Shown one piece after another: positions 18,793-26,440 of a DNA stretch of 42,702 bases. The notes beneath the pieces are model-generated. The model worked only from the letters and a program-made list of their open reading frames with translations, was not told where the DNA came from and ran no database searches. Position numbers and translations under genes: made by a program. The DNA is from Candidatus Moranbacteria bacterium GW2011_GWC2_37_8 (GTDB taxonomy: Bacteria; Patescibacteriota; Minisyncoccia; Moranbacterales; GWC2-37-73). How positions within the stretch are numbered: position 1 is the first letter of the stretch; every line of letters starts with the position of its first letter. Location: contig LBTS01000001.1 in assembly GCA_000992165.1 (NCBI GenBank), forward strand, positions 705 through 43,406, given 5' to 3'.

Positions 18793-19917
18793 TTATTTAA
18801 TGACCCGCGGTAGCATCGCAAACACGCGCGTGGTTATTTCATAATTAATGCTGCCAATATGGGCAGCAATCTCTTCGGCTGTAATTTCTTCATCTTCTTG
18901 TTTTCCTAAAAGTACTACTTCATCTTCAAGAGCAATCTTATCAAGATGAGACACATCAACCACGAACATGTTCATTGCAATCCTTCCTAAAACTTTGCAA
19001 CGACTTCCATTAATCAGGACTTCGCCAATATTAGAAAGTCCTCTATCGTAACCGTCACTATAACCTTGAGGAATAACTGCTATTTTAGTCTGTTTGGATG
19101 TTATATATGTCAGACCATATCCGATCGAATAATTTTCCGGCAAAGTTTTAATCTGAGCAACATGCGTGACCCAGCGCATTACTGGTTTTAATTTGAAAGA
19201 CTCGCTTTCAAATCTTTCTTTCAATTCTTCTGAAGGCCACATGCCATATATTCCTAAACCAGCTCTCACAATCGAGGATTTTCCTTGTGCATTTTCATAC
19301 ACCATTATTCCTGAGCTTGCAGAAATGTGTGTTTGCAAATCGCTGTATCCATTTTTTTCAAATATTTTCACTGCCTGAGTAAAAGAATCTATTTGTTTTT
19401 GTGCATGAGAAAAATCCGATGTGTCTTCAATATTTGCAAAGTGTGAATAGATTCCATCAACAACGATATTCGAGCAATCAGCAAGCACATCAATAATTTT
19501 TTGCACGTTTTCAATCAAAACCCCTTGTCTTCCCAGGCATGCATCTATTTTCAAATGCACGGATACCTTTTTATTGAGTCCTGCCGAAATTTCATTAAGT
19601 GAAAATATCTGTCCTTCATCATAAACACTAAAAATTCCCTCATTCCCAATAACACTAGGCATTTCTTCTTTGGAAACAAATCCTAGCACCAAGGTAGGCT
19701 TTTGTGAAACTTGCCTAAGCAGTTCCAATTCACGTGCGTCATCCACTTGAAAATAATCAGCGTCATCTTCCAATATTTGAACCACTTCATTTTGCCCATG
19801 GCCATAAGCATTAGCCTTAATAACGGCAGCGATTTTTACCCCTGGTTTTACCAAGGATTTCATTGCCTCAAAATTATTTAGAAGATTTTCTTTGGATATT
19901 TCAATATATGAAAGCAT
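18793..19917 (-). CDS. alr: alanine racemase
   Basis: PLP-lysine motif AVIKANAYGHG, C-terminal beta domain, 374 aa. Confidence 0.9.
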   Translation of the reverse strand: MLSYIEISKENLLNNFEAMKSLVKPGVKIAAVIKANAYGHGQNEVVQILEDDADYFQVDDARELELLRQVSQKPTLVLGFVSKEEMPSVIGNEGIFSVYDEGQIFSLNEISAGLNKKVSVHLKIDACLGRQGVLIENVQKIIDVLADCSNIVVDGIYSHFANIEDTSDFSHAQKQIDSFTQAVKIFEKNGYSDLQTHISASSGIMVYENAQGKSSIVRAGLGIYGMWPSEELKERFESESFKLKPVMRWVTHVAQIKTLPENYSIGYGLTYITSKQTKIAVIPQGYSDGYDRGLSNIGEVLINGSRCKVLGRIAMNMFVVDVSHLDKIALEDEVVLLGKQEDEEITAEEIAAHIGSINYEITTRVFAMLPRVIK

Positions 19918-19923
19918 GCCATC

Positions 19924-19957
19924 GGTCGTCAGTCATCAGTCACTCGTCATCAGTAAC
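19924..19957. repeat. intergenic word repeats, GTCATCAG family
   Basis: GGTCGTCAGTCATCAGTCACTCGTCATCAGTAAC directly upstream of the alr start. Shares the 14-mer AGTCATCAGTCACT (19931-19944) with 35766-35779. Confidence 0.85.
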
Positions 19958-19985
19958 AGAAGCTGAAATTATTTTTAATTACTAG

Positions 19986-20639
19986 TTACTGATTACTAAG
20001 AATTTTAGTCAGCGGACAATTTTCGTGGTCGTGTTTCTTGGCTGCGCAATATCTGCGCCCATAATCAATCAATAAAAAAGTTATTTGATTCCACTGCTTA
20101 CGAGGAAAAATTTGCATCAGATCCTGTTCAATTTTATTCGGGTCCTTATATTCACTAAGCTTCAATAGATTAGCCAGGCGTCTGACATGCGTGTCCACTG
20201 CTATTCCCACTACAACTCCGCAAGCATTACCTAAAATTATGTTGGCTGTTTTGCGAGCAACACCGGGAAGCTCAACGAGCTGCTCCATAGTGCAGGGGAT
20301 TTCCCCTTTATATTTTTCTTTGATTATCTTAGCAGTCGCAAGAATATTTTTAGCTTTATTATGATAAAAGCCAGTAGAATGAATACCCTGCTCAAACTCA
20401 ATCAAATCAGCTTTCACATAATCATCAAGTGACTTATATTTTTTAAATAATTTTTCTGTCACAACATTGACCATCTTATCAGTGCATTGCGCGCTCAAAA
20501 CAACAGCTACTAAAAGCTCCCAAGAATTAGAAAAATTCAAAGCGATTTTCGCATCAGGAAAAAGTTTCTTCAATTCTTTGAAAATTATCTTTGCCCGTTT
20601 GCGACGTTCAGATATTTCTTCTTCAGAGAGCTTTAACAT
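19986..20639 (-). CDS. nth: endonuclease III family DNA glycosylase/lyase
   Basis: HhH-GPD motif LPGVARKTANIILG (catalytic Lys) and VDTHVRR (Asp). Only two of the usual four C-terminal cluster cysteines are present. Confidence 0.85.
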   Translation of the reverse strand: MLKLSEEEISERRKRAKIIFKELKKLFPDAKIALNFSNSWELLVAVVLSAQCTDKMVNVVTEKLFKKYKSLDDYVKADLIEFEQGIHSTGFYHNKAKNILATAKIIKEKYKGEIPCTMEQLVELPGVARKTANIILGNACGVVVGIAVDTHVRRLANLLKLSEYKDPNKIEQDLMQIFPRKQWNQITFLLIDYGRRYCAAKKHDHENCPLTKILSNQ

Positions 20640-20900
20640 CTACTTTCTATTTAAAATATAAAGATTATTTTCATATGAAAGTGAATATTTCCTGCCAGAC
20701 TGATCTTCAAAAAGAGCTACGCGATAATTTTTAGCATAAACAAAAAATACCTTTGCATATTCACTTTCCAACCTATCATTCAAATAAAACATGCCATCTT
20801 CATGTTCTTTTTCATACATCAGGTGATAACCATGCACAAATTTTTCCAAAGCCATAATATAGTATTTTTTATATTTATAGCTTAATTTAAGCACATTCAT
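20640..20900 (-). CDS. hypothetical small protein
   Basis: 86-aa ORF abutting the nth start. The real start may be MALEKF at 20855. No recognisable domain. Confidence 0.45.
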   Translation of the reverse strand: MNVLKLSYKYKKYYIMALEKFVHGYHLMYEKEHEDGMFYLNDRLESEYAKVFFVYAKNYRVALFEDQSGRKYSLSYENNLYILNRK

Positions 20901-20918
20901 GCATTTTTCTCAATATAG

Positions 20919-20948
20919 AAAAGGTGGGTATTTAAATACCCACCTTTT
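20919..20948 (-). terminator. terminator downstream of the VOC-family gene
   Basis: 13-bp stem AAAAGGTGGGTAT / ATACCCACCTTTT with loop TTAA. Confidence 0.7.
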
Positions 20949-20956
20949 TAAAAGAT

Positions 20957-21352
20957 TTACTCTGGTTTCCAATCAGTCGGTTGCATGAGTCCAAAGCGGT
21001 TTCCTTCAGTGTCTTTCGCCATCGCGAACCATCCTACACCTGGAATTTCTGATTTTTCTTTAGTTATCGCGCCTCCATTTGTTTTGACTGCCTCCATGGA
21101 TTTTTCCAAATCATCCACTGCAATCGTGCAATCATAAAGATAAAACTTTTCATCCTCCTTTCCTGATCTCTTATACAATCCGCCATTAATCCCTGGTTCT
21201 CCTGGTTTTTTCGTCTCTATTCCCCAATAATCCATGCCGCCTTCCTCTTTTTTCATCATCTGTGATATTTTCCAGCCCAAAGCTTTTTCATAAAACTTCT
21301 TAGCCCTTTCAATATCATCAGCTTGAATCTCAAAATGTATCACTGTGTTCAT
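20957..21352 (-). CDS. VOC (glyoxalase/bleomycin-resistance) family protein
   Basis: 131 aa. N-terminus VIHFEIQADDIERAKKFYEKALGWKI is typical of glyoxalase-like domains. Confidence 0.8.
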   Translation of the reverse strand: MNTVIHFEIQADDIERAKKFYEKALGWKISQMMKKEEGGMDYWGIETKKPGEPGINGGLYKRSGKEDEKFYLYDCTIAVDDLEKSMEAVKTNGGAITKEKSEIPGVGWFAMAKDTEGNRFGLMQPTDWKPE

Positions 21353-21516
21353 ATGTTTATGTTTGAAAAAATAATTAACTATCTTGTGACGTATAATACA
21401 ATGTGGTTTAATTTCTCTTTCCTTGGGCTGGCGGAGCCATCATTTATGAATTGCATTATCATTTAGTATCCTGCTATAATCAAGATGTTAGAGTATTCTT
21501 ATTATATTTCTCACCT

Positions 21517-21984
21517 ATGAATAATAAACCTCTTATCACTCTATTCGAGGAAAATGAGATGAATATTGCTGCTCTCTATTCACTCTACGCGCAGCAGCTT
21601 CCAGAGCAAACTGTTTTTTGGAATCGAATGTCCAATGAAGAAATCGGCCACGCCGCGCAAATTGGAAACGAAAAAGATGACAGCGAAGAAGCCATTCCTG
21701 AAAACAAGTTTTCACGCGGCATCATCAAATATTTGATGGATTTTGTATTGGATGAAATAAACAAAGCCCAACATCATCCCCTCTCACACCGCGACGCGCT
21801 GCTTACCGCTCTACGCATCGAGCAATCCATGCTTGAAAGAAAATGCTTTGACCTTTTTCTTCCTACCAAGAAAACGTTGCAAGAGGTTTTTTTCAAGCTC
21901 AACCGCGAAACTGAAAGACACGTGGAATATTTACAAAAAGAAATGAAAAAAAATAAGTTCAGTTTCAAAGAACCTTCCAAGTGA
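21517..21984 (+). CDS. ferritin-like four-helix protein (tentative)
   Basis: Paired E..H motifs (NEEIGHAAQ, ETERHVEYL) suggest the ferritin/rubrerythrin-like superfamily. Start taken at MNNKPL. Confidence 0.45.
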   Translation: MNNKPLITLFEENEMNIAALYSLYAQQLPEQTVFWNRMSNEEIGHAAQIGNEKDDSEEAIPENKFSRGIIKYLMDFVLDEINKAQHHPLSHRDALLTALRIEQSMLERKCFDLFLPTKKTLQEVFFKLNRETERHVEYLQKEMKKNKFSFKEPSK

Positions 21985-22010
21985 TACAGCGAATGAAAAC
22001 TTAGCCCTCA

Positions 22011-22042
22011 AAAAAATTACGTAACTAATTACGTAATTTTTT
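22011..22042 (+). terminator. AT-rich terminator hairpin
   Basis: AAAAAATTACGT / ACGTAATTTTTT 12-bp stem followed by a T-run, 27 nt after the stop at 21984. Confidence 0.5.
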
Positions 22043-22050
22043 GTTTATGC

Positions 22051-22101
22051 CGAGGTTGCGGGAGTCAATCCGAACTTATTTGATTGAATATGGGTATTAA
22101 A
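22051..22101 (+). repeat. left copy of a ~50-bp direct repeat bracketing the abiE cassette
   Basis: CGAGGTTGCGGGAGTCAATCCGAACTTATTTGATTGAATATGGGTATTAAA matches 23549-23600 with about 5 substitutions and 1 indel. Confidence 0.85.
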
Positions 22102-22109
22102 TTCAGCTA

Positions 22110-22138
22110 TTGCCTTATTTGTTATAATTTGCTATAAT
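22110..22138 (+). promoter_or_regulatory. promoter of the abiEi-abiEii operon
   Basis: TTGCCT, 17-nt spacer, TATAAT (22133-22138), 40 nt upstream of the abiEi ATG. Confidence 0.6.
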
Positions 22139-22178
22139 GTAACTAGGAAGGGTTTTTAATACCCCCTTAAGTAAACAT

Positions 22179-22775
22179 ATGGATAATAAACCAGCAAAAA
22201 GAGCCTATTTAGAGGCAATATTAAGATCAGCTCGAACAGTCTTTTCTTCAAAAGACGCTGCTTTGATGTGGAATGAGAATAATGTGGCCACTATCAATGA
22301 CAGATTAAAGAAATATGTTAAAACCGGAAAATTGATCAGAGTGCATCAAGGTTTTTATGCTAAAGATGAAAATTATGACCGCATGGAGTTAGCATCTAAA
22401 ATATATACCCCCTCTTATATCAGTTTTGAAACCGTTTTGACTCGCGAAGGAATCAATTTCCAATATTACGGAAATATTTTTATTGCATCCTATTTGAATC
22501 GCGAAATTGAAGCCAATGGTCAGAAAATATCCTATGTACGCATGAAAAATTATGTATTGAGCAATGCAGTAGGAATTGAACATCGAAATGATGTCGCTTG
22601 GGCAACCAAGGAGCGCGCCTTTTTAGATCGATTATATGTCACCAAGGAATATCACTTTGATAATTTGAACCCATTGGATTGGGACAAGGTTTTTGAAATT
22701 GTGCCAATCTATAACAACAAGCGATTAGAAAAGAAGGTTAAAGAATACTATACTAATTTTGTAAACAAAAAGTAA
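22179..22775 (+). CDS. abiEi: AbiEi-family (type IV TA) antitoxin-like transcriptional regulator
   Basis: 198 aa with an N-terminal wHTH-like region (FSSKDAALMW...LKKYVKTGKLIRVHQGFY). Sits 1 nt upstream of an AbiEii-family gene. Confidence 0.65.
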   Translation: MDNKPAKRAYLEAILRSARTVFSSKDAALMWNENNVATINDRLKKYVKTGKLIRVHQGFYAKDENYDRMELASKIYTPSYISFETVLTREGINFQYYGNIFIASYLNREIEANGQKISYVRMKNYVLSNAVGIEHRNDVAWATKERAFLDRLYVTKEYHFDNLNPLDWDKVFEIVPIYNNKRLEKKVKEYYTNFVNKK

Positions 22776-22776
22776 T

Positions 22777-23469
22777 ATGTTTAATTACGCAAAACACAAA
22801 AGCATTCTATTGCAGATTCTAAAGGATGTGTACACCGACACCACCATTTCACCTTATCTCGGTTTCAAGGGTGGGACAGCTGCCTTGTTATTTTATGGAT
22901 TGAATAGAAACTCTGTCGATTTGGATTTTGATCTTTTAGACGACACTAAGGAAAAAGAAGTTTTTGAAAAGTTGCAAAAAATAGTTACCAAGTACGGCAC
23001 GGTTGAAGATTCACATATAAAACGTTTCAATCTGCTTAATGTCATTTCATACGCAACTGGGGCACAGAAAATTAAGGTTGAGGTTAACCGGAGGCAGTTC
23101 GGTTCTCACTATGAAATAAAAACATTTCTGGGAATTTCCATGTTGGTTATGACTCCGCCTGACATGTTTGCTCATAAGCTCATGGCTATGTATGAACGAA
23201 TTGGCAAAACAAGTCGGGATATTTTTGATGTGTATTATTTCTACAAACAAGGCTGGGAAATAAACAAAGAGATTGTCGAGCAAAGAGCGGAAATGTCATT
23301 CAAAGAATTGCTACTCAAATGCGTTGGAATGCTGGAAAAAACAGACAACAAACATATTCTTGATGGCTTAGGAGAATTCCTGAGCGAACAACAAAAAGAT
23401 TGGTCTCGCGCCAAACTTAAAAGTGAAACGATATTCTTTTTGAAAATGGCAGTTGAAAATGAGAAATAG
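22777..23469 (+). CDS. abiEii: AbiEii/AbiGii-family nucleotidyltransferase toxin
   Basis: LGFKGGTAALLFYGLNRNSVDLDFD motif typical of DUF1814/AbiEii nucleotidyltransferases. 230 aa. Confidence 0.8.
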   Translation: MFNYAKHKSILLQILKDVYTDTTISPYLGFKGGTAALLFYGLNRNSVDLDFDLLDDTKEKEVFEKLQKIVTKYGTVEDSHIKRFNLLNVISYATGAQKIKVEVNRRQFGSHYEIKTFLGISMLVMTPPDMFAHKLMAMYERIGKTSRDIFDVYYFYKQGWEINKEIVEQRAEMSFKELLLKCVGMLEKTDNKHILDGLGEFLSEQQKDWSRAKLKSETIFFLKMAVENEK

Positions 23470-23548
23470 ATTGCAATCTTCGAACCCATAATTCTTGCTT
23501 TAAATAAAACGAAAACAGACTCCTTTGCAGAAGTCTGTCCTCACTTGT

Positions 23549-23600
23549 CGAGGTTGTGGGAATCGATACGAACTTATTTGATTGAACATGGGTATTGAAA
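23549..23600 (+). repeat. right copy of the ~50-bp direct repeat bracketing the abiE cassette
   Basis: CGAGGTTGTGGGAATCGATACGAACTTATTTGATTGAACATGGGTATTGAAA. Confidence 0.85.
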
Positions 23601-23605
23601 AACAG

Positions 23606-23645
23606 AAAACCCACCGAAGCAGATTTTCCGCTGGTGGGTTTTTTT
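23606..23645. terminator. bidirectional terminator
   Basis: AAAACCCACC ... GGTGGGTTTT stem with a T-run on both strands. Lies between the abiE operon (+) and the 74-aa gene (-). Confidence 0.7.
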
Positions 23646-23868
23646 AGTTGAAGCCTTCAATGAATTTTTTAACTTCCTCGCGCGAACGCAAGTTGCCTGT
23701 CATCTTTAGCATCATGCCAAGCTGAATTGCAGGGTGGCCAGCTGTTTCGGTATGTTTTCCCAAATCAGAAAACATAGATGTCATTGCATTTTCCAGGTCG
23801 CCACGCTCAATATATTCCAGAGCGCGCTTTTTGCACCAATCCATGTGTTCTTGCCGTGTCTTTTCCAT
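23644..23868 (-). CDS. hypothetical 74-aa protein
   Basis: Start at 23868 is preceded by a consensus AGGAGG 6 nt upstream. No recognisable domain. Confidence 0.6.
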   Translation of the reverse strand: MEKTRQEHMDWCKKRALEYIERGDLENAMTSMFSDLGKHTETAGHPAIQLGMMLKMTGNLRSREEVKKFIEGFN

Positions 23869-24137
23869 GTGATTCCTCCTTGTTGGTGGTATGTGAATGA
23901 AAACTGCGCCAATTTGCCAATATGCTAAATCCATTTTTCAGATTTAGATTTTTCAAGTTACTAACAAACAAGCATAGCATATCAAAGCTAATTTGTCAAG
24001 CACCCCAGCGATTCTCTCTTATTTAAGCCTAAATATTAACTCCCGCAGTTGTTAGGCGTGCAAAAAATTCCATTTTTTGCTTACAGGCCGTATTTCAAAT
24101 CGTTCCGACGGCAGTCAAGGGAGTAAAGCCGAGCGAT

Positions 24138-24151
24138 GGGGCGCAGGGATT
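24138..24151. repeat. left copy of the 14-bp direct repeat (putative att core)
   Basis: GGGGCGCAGGGATT is identical to 28490-28503 inside tRNA-Pro. Confidence 0.8.
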
Positions 24152-24300
24152 TACGCGTCACTCTTTCGTCGACACTCAAGAGTTCCTTGTCCTGGGCAGC
24201 GCTGAATGCTCCTATGGTCGCATCCATCGACGCACACTGCGTTATTGTTCTGCTGAACAATAACTTGTTTAGCTTCTGCCCGTTCGAATCCTTGCGCAAG

Positions 24301-24353
24301 ATACATAAGAAAAACAGGATGACTCAAAAAGTCATCCTGTTTTTCTTATGTAT
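24301..24353. repeat. perfect 24-bp inverted repeat (hairpin, 5-nt loop)
   Basis: ATACATAAGAAAAACAGGATGACT-CAAAA-AGTCATCCTGTTTTTCTTATGTAT. Confidence 0.95.
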
Positions 24354-24474
24354 GTCGAGTGTCGTAGGTCGTGTTAGAACGGCAATTCAAGAGTCAAATG
24401 CTTACATCCATATACCCGACTTGAAGGAGTTTGCTTGAAAAATTCACTGTATCATATCTTATAGTTTGCGTATG

Positions 24475-24498
24475 CTGATGTTGACCATCAGTTTTTTT
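24475..24498 (+). terminator. intrinsic terminator on the plus strand
   Basis: CTGATG-TTGAC-CATCAG followed by TTTTTTT. No convincing protein gene lies upstream on this strand. Confidence 0.6.
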
Positions 24499-24626
24499 GT
24501 TTTTCAATATGTGGGGTGCTTATGTTTCAATGAAGTCAAGCTTTGGAGTTAAAATCACTTGCTCCCATCTCAGCTAAATTTCTAATATGTAATAAGACTT
24601 ACTATAAATAGTTAGCAATAAAAAAA

Positions 24627-24650
24627 AGCCAGAGTTTTTACGCTCTGGCT
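24627..24650 (-). terminator. terminator of the 286-aa orphan gene
   Basis: AGCCAGAG / CTCTGGCT stem and an 8-nt T-run on the minus strand, about 40 nt after the stop at 24691. Confidence 0.7.
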
Positions 24651-24690
24651 ATTATGCGAATTTCTTGCTTAGTCTTTTCAGGACATCTTT

Positions 24691-25551
24691 CTAATTATTC
24701 TGAAAAAACAATTCGTTTACTTTCTCTATAACTTTTTTTGAGTCATCTTCTGAAAGCAAAGCTCTTTTTTCAAGAAGGTCTTCCCATCTTGAATTGATAT
24801 CCCATCTCTGTTGTTCAGCAGTCTCAACATAGGAAGCTCCAACCGCCGTATGACCTCCCGTAACCTTGCCCTTTTCGTCTCTTGTTTTTTCCCAGCCTGT
24901 AATGGTTTTATCCTCAAGTCCATCGAGTAATTGTGGGAATAAACCGTTTGTTGACCTCAAGGAATAAAATATATTTCCAATCAAAACACTGCTAGGTTTA
25001 GTTTTTTCTAGTGACGAAATAAAATCAACAAACACTCGGTAGTTAGGATGACCTTCGATATATTTAAGCACTACTCTCATGTTATCACTGCGTTCTAAAA
25101 CTGGTTCAGGGTTTTCATTTACAAGTTTATCCCAAAAGGCTTTTGCAACTTCTTGATTTTTTGCACGGTCAAGGGATGCAACAATGAAAGAAAAATTTTC
25201 CAGTTCATGGTCAAATGTACCCGTGTTGTATTTATCCAGCAAAGGTTTCAATGATGTTTTGTTTATCATTTCTACTAACTGCTTAGGGTCTGTTTCAAGC
25301 CCCTCACGATTACCATTCATCACATCATTCATAAGCTGATTAAACTTACGAAACGCATTGATACGTTCATTTACATTTTTTTCAATGCCTGCTTCATTTG
25401 CAATAGTTTCTACAACCTCTTTAAGCTCTTCCTGTTTCTTTATAAGTTGTTCTCTCTCATTGCTCATCTTGCTTTCCTCTGGAGACATCATTGACTTTGC
25501 CTTGAACTCTTCTTTGATGGTTGGATTGTATCCCATTTTTTCATTTTCCAT
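24691..25551 (-). CDS. hypothetical 286-aa protein (element cargo)
   Basis: AAGGGGG Shine-Dalgarno 9 nt upstream of the ATG, plus its own terminator. Charged coiled-coil-like N-terminus. No domain recognised. Confidence 0.7.
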   Translation of the reverse strand: MENEKMGYNPTIKEEFKAKSMMSPEESKMSNEREQLIKKQEELKEVVETIANEAGIEKNVNERINAFRKFNQLMNDVMNGNREGLETDPKQLVEMINKTSLKPLLDKYNTGTFDHELENFSFIVASLDRAKNQEVAKAFWDKLVNENPEPVLERSDNMRVVLKYIEGHPNYRVFVDFISSLEKTKPSSVLIGNIFYSLRSTNGLFPQLLDGLEDKTITGWEKTRDEKGKVTGGHTAVGASYVETAEQQRWDINSRWEDLLEKRALLSEDDSKKVIEKVNELFFQNN

Positions 25552-25707
25552 AGTTTTGTTCCCCCTTGTTAAATTACTTATTTATTTTTTGATTATTATG
25601 GCTTCATTGAGCTCATTTACATCCATTATAGCATGCTTTACGGCTTTTGTCTATCCTTTCATCATATTTACTGATATAGTTTGTGTATATCAATAAAATA
25701 CATTAGC

Positions 25708-26328
25708 ATGAAAAAATTAAAATTAGATTCAGATTTTATTTGGATACTTAAAACAATCAAGCATATCAGCAATGCAAACAATGGCAATGCGTTTGAATAT
25801 CTCTTTGATGACGTGCTAACCCTTGAAGGTGCGCCGGCTGTAAGAAGCATCCATGAAGGCACGATTAGCCAGTTTGAGGCAATGGGTGTGATTAGCGCAC
25901 AGGAAATAGGCAATGCCTTACATGATGGAGTATTCAAATTGGAGGGATTCAAGATTCAAATTTTGAAATCCAAGTTTGATGAAATTCAAAAAGAACTATC
26001 CATTCAAAAATCAGCAGTAAAAACTTATACTTCTCATTTTTTCGACAGCAAGGCGCTAATTAAAATCAACACGCAAGACATTCCATTGCCTGCATATGCC
26101 AATGAACACCTTCTTTGCAGAGTTATGTTTGAATACATGATAGGAGAACCAGTGGATTGGTCTATTATTTTTGAAAAAATGACAGGTGATGAGCCCAAGG
26201 ATAAAAATAAGAATTCAAGAATGGTCAGAGATACCATGCATGCAGTCAATGAACGAATCCATGAGCTTGCAAAAACAGAAAGAGACCTTTTTGAATGGAA
26301 AAACAAATGCATCAAAAGACTTTTTTGA
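25708..26328 (+). CDS. hypothetical protein, possible C-terminal winged-helix DNA-binding region
   Basis: Divergent from the 286-aa gene. The first ATG is at 25708. The tail SRMVRDTMHAVNERIHELAK..LFEWKNKCIKRLF resembles OmpR-type wHTH ends only weakly. Confidence 0.55.
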   Translation: MKKLKLDSDFIWILKTIKHISNANNGNAFEYLFDDVLTLEGAPAVRSIHEGTISQFEAMGVISAQEIGNALHDGVFKLEGFKIQILKSKFDEIQKELSIQKSAVKTYTSHFFDSKALIKINTQDIPLPAYANEHLLCRVMFEYMIGEPVDWSIIFEKMTGDEPKDKNKNSRMVRDTMHAVNERIHELAKTERDLFEWKNKCIKRLF

Positions 26329-26332
26329 AAAT

Positions 26333-26359
26333 GTGAGTCAGTGAGTCACAGGTGAGTCA
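26333..26359. repeat. three copies of the word GTGAGTCA
   Basis: GTGAGTCA at 26333-26340, 26341-26348 and 26352-26359, just after the stop at 26328. Confidence 0.9.
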
Positions 26360-26440
26360 CATCCACAAATTATACCATTGAGCCAAGATTTATATTTTGG
26401 CTTTTTTGTTTTGCAAAACATTACCGCCGAACCCATACTC

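Larger units (their letters stand above)
24040..24498 (+). ncRNA. candidate structured non-coding RNA (family unknown)
   Basis: About 57% G+C by hand count over 24121-24240, in an AT-rich genome. Contains a 9-bp hairpin (24241-24264) and a 24-bp perfect hairpin (24301-24353), and ends at an intrinsic terminator (24475-24498). Strand and ends are uncertain. Confidence 0.3.

Noticed and set aside
23471-23487. TTCGAACCC (23479-23487) as another tRNA-Pro-derived att remnant marking a larger island boundary.
   Set aside because: Only a 9-nt match, which is expected by chance in a window of this size. There is no flanking similarity.
22051-23600. Integron gene cassette with attC sites as the explanation for the 50-bp repeats around abiE.
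   Set aside because: No integron tyrosine integrase is nearby. The repeats are direct and lack the R''-L''/L'-R' inverted architecture. The one short internal stem in copy A (CAATC/GATTG) is not conserved in copy B.
24081-24299. 72-aa minus-strand ORF (and the 100-aa plus-strand ORF at 24136-24438) as ordinary protein genes.
   Set aside because: There is no Shine-Dalgarno or promoter context. The two ORFs overlap each other, their products have no recognisable motif, and the plus-strand ORF reads through long perfect hairpins. The plus-strand frame is kept only as the possible alternative recombinase tail.
24040-24353. tmRNA, RNase P RNA or SRP RNA in the GC-rich stretch.
   Set aside because: GGATTCGAACGGG on the minus strand superficially resembles a tmRNA 5' end, but several expected features are missing. 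There is no pairing acceptor 3' end or CCA, and no plausible ...LAA-type tag ORF. GGAAAGTCC (RNase P) is absent, as is GGAAGCAGC with a GNAR loop (SRP). A covariance-model scan is still needed.
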